Source: Candidatus Eiseniibacteriota bacterium
GTDB lineage: Bacteria > Eisenbacteria > RBG-16-71-46 > SZUA-252
Assembly (NCBI GenBank): GCA_963703225.1
Contig: OY969801.1
Span: 2,432,001-2,496,000 of the forward strand
Length of the DNA stretch: 64,000 bases
Reading direction: 5' to 3'
Shown: piece after piece, positions 62,269 to 64,000 of the stretch
Numbering within the stretch: the first letter of the stretch is position 1
Layout: each line of letters begins with the position of its first letter
Made by a program: the position numbers and the translations under genes
Notes under the pieces: model-generated
Told to the model about the DNA's origin: nothing
The model's input: the letters and a program-made list of their open reading frames with translations, nothing else
Databases searched by the model: none

Positions 62269-62575
62269 TCAGCCGCGGACATAGACGTCCTCTCCATCGA
62301 CCTTCACCTCGTAGGTGCGGACGCCGACCACCTCGGTGTCAGGCGCCTTGCCCGGTCTTCACGCTGAACTTCCAGCCGTGCCAGGGGCAGCGGACAATGT
62401 CTCCCTGGAGGTATCCCTCGCCCAGATCGCCACCCATGTGGGGGCACTGGTTTCGGATCGCGTAGAAGGTGCCTTCGCAGCGAAAGAGCGCGACCTTGGT
62501 CCCGTTCACGGTCACGATCATCCCCTTCCCCTCCTCCAGGTCGGAGGTCTTCGCCACCTTCACGAATTCCGACAT
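62269..62575 (-). CDS. Rieske [2Fe-2S] ferredoxin (NirD-like), one +1 frameshift near 62351
   Basis: CPH...CPWH ligands; removing one G restores KTGKAPDTEVVGVRTYEVKVDGEDVYVRG*. Confidence 0.9.
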
Positions 62576-62593
62576 CGCGTGGGCTCCGATGAG

Positions 62594-62629
62594 AAATGAA
62601 AACCGGCGCTCCGTTGCCGGAACGCCGGT
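62594..62629 (-). terminator. Rho-independent terminator-like hairpin after the IscA-like gene
   Basis: Minus strand ACCGGCGTTCCG-GCAA-CGGAGCGCCGGT followed by TTTCATTT. Confidence 0.65.
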
Positions 62630-62656
62630 CAGTTTACCGTTCGATTGGCTTGGGGC

Positions 62657-63049
62657 CTAGTGACTCCCGCAGCCCCCGCCGCAGCCGCCGCCCTTGGAAG
62701 CCTCGGCTCCCTCGGCGCCTTCCTCGGTGGAGAACGAAGAGCCGCAGCCGCAGGTCTTGGCCGCGTTCGGATTGCTGATCTTGAACCCGCCGCCCTGAAG
62801 CGTGTCGTCGAAATCGATCGAGGCGCCGTCGAGATACTGATGGCTCCCCATGTCGACGATGATCTTCACGCCGCCGTTGTCGAACACCAGGTCGTCCGAC
62901 GTCGCGGGCTCGTCCGCGATCTGCATCCCGTACGACATGCCGGAGCAACCGCCGCCGGCGACGAAGACGCGGATCCCCTCGAACGCACCGCCGTGCTGCT
63001 CCATGATGTTCTTGATTTCGGCCGCGGCCTTGTCGCTCAGCGTGACCAT
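62657..63049 (-). CDS. A-type Fe-S carrier (HesB/IscA/ErpA family)
   Basis: GGGCSG.SY, NPNA..TCGCGSSF; GGAGGAG RBS. Confidence 0.95.
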   Translation of the reverse strand: MVTLSDKAAAEIKNIMEQHGGAFEGIRVFVAGGGCSGMSYGMQIADEPATSDDLVFDNGGVKIIVDMGSHQYLDGASIDFDDTLQGGGFKISNPNAAKTCGCGSSFSTEEGAEGAEASKGGGCGGGCGSH

Positions 63050-63197
63050 TTTGAGAAGCTCCTCCGAGTGCTGACGATTCGGCGCAGGACGTGACACCCT
63101 AAACCGAAGCAAATTGCGTGCCTTATGTTTAGATGCGGACCCCGCCAAAGCGGTGCAGCCCATTCAGCAACAATGATATCCGCCCTGGGCAGCCCTG

Positions 63198-64000
63198 TCA
63201 ACGCACGGGAGTGCGCGGCCGGTCCGGGGGCCGACCAAGCTGCACAATGCGAAGCAGGTTGGTGCCGCCGGAGCGAATCGTCGTCCCGGCCATCGCCACG
63301 ACCCAGTCACCGCGGCGGAGCATCTTCTTTCCCAGTAGGTGCCGCAGACCCGCCTCGATCATCCCCTCCGCGGTCCGCCAGGGCGGCACCAGGACCGGCG
63401 TCACGCCCCATGCGAGGCTCAGCCGGCGGCAGGTGGACGCCAGCGGGGTCAGCGCCAGAATCGGCGCGTTGGGCCGCGACTTGCTGACCAGCCGCGCCGA
63501 ATAGCCGGTATGGGTAAAGGTGACGAGCGCGCGGGCGCGGATCTCGCGCGCGGCCTGGAACGCGGTGTGGGCCAGCGCGTGGGTCGGGGACGTGAGCGCG
63601 GTGCCGTCGGTGGAGCGCCGCGGCGCCCGAGTGCCCGGCGGCGAACTCGTCCGCCTCCGCCGCGATCCGCGCCATCGTTTGGACCGCGCGGTCGGGCTTG
63701 ATCCCCACCGCGGTTTCGGCGCTCAGCATGACGGCGTCGGTGCCGTCGAAGATCGCGTTGGCGACGTCGGAAGCTTCCGCGCGCGTCGGCCTCGCGGCAT
63801 AGACCATCGACTCGAGCATTTGGGTCGCCGTGATCACGAGCACCTCGTGCAGATTCGCGCGCTCGATGATCCGCTTCTGCAAGATGGGAACGCGCTCGGC
63901 CGGGTACTCCACACCCAGGTCCCCGCGCGCGATCATCACGCCGTCCGCCACGTCGAGGATCGAATCGAGATTCTCGATCGCCTCTCGGCGCTCGATCTTC
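63198..64000 (-). CDS. pyk: Pyruvate kinase, C-terminal part (5' end outside window), one +1 frameshift near 63620
   Basis: [37 protein letters not shown], then SAR.VSK.RP and GGTN in the shifted frame. Confidence 0.95.

Noticed and set aside
62339..62341. In-frame TGA in the Rieske gene as possible selenocysteine or readthrough
   Set aside because: The natural C-terminus continues in another frame; one extra G explains it, and the position is not a Cys site.

Overview
High-GC bacterial chromosomal window, densely coding, with no rRNA, tRNA, CRISPR array or transposase seen. Outer-membrane barrels, proteins with FlgD/T9SS-like C-terminal sorting domains and several kinase-propeller fusions suggest an FCB-superphylum candidate lineage such as Ca. 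Eisenbacteria (inference). Recognisable content: ccmE(CxxxY)-ccmF; an aceB-aceA glyoxylate shunt divergent from a RamB/ScfR-type regulator; acs; Omp85 + DUF748 + ABC exporter; three Ser/Thr kinase-beta-propeller proteins; a B12-dependent nrdJ with a 373-aa LAGLIDADG intein at its catalytic cysteine and two NrdR boxes upstream; a TMTC-like glycosyltransferase; a Kef-type antiporter; Rieske, IscA and pyk genes. Best novelty candidates: (1) a translationally coupled four-gene membrane-protein operon around a DUF6754-like gene (56.6-59.5 kb); (2) a lipoprotein with a truncated-hemoglobin-like pattern but no histidine in its mature part; (3) hexad Ser-Pro repeats inside two kinase activation segments. 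About 11 frameshifts, all +1, break seven otherwise intact genes and are most likely sequencing insertion errors. Family names come from motif recognition by eye, not from database searches.
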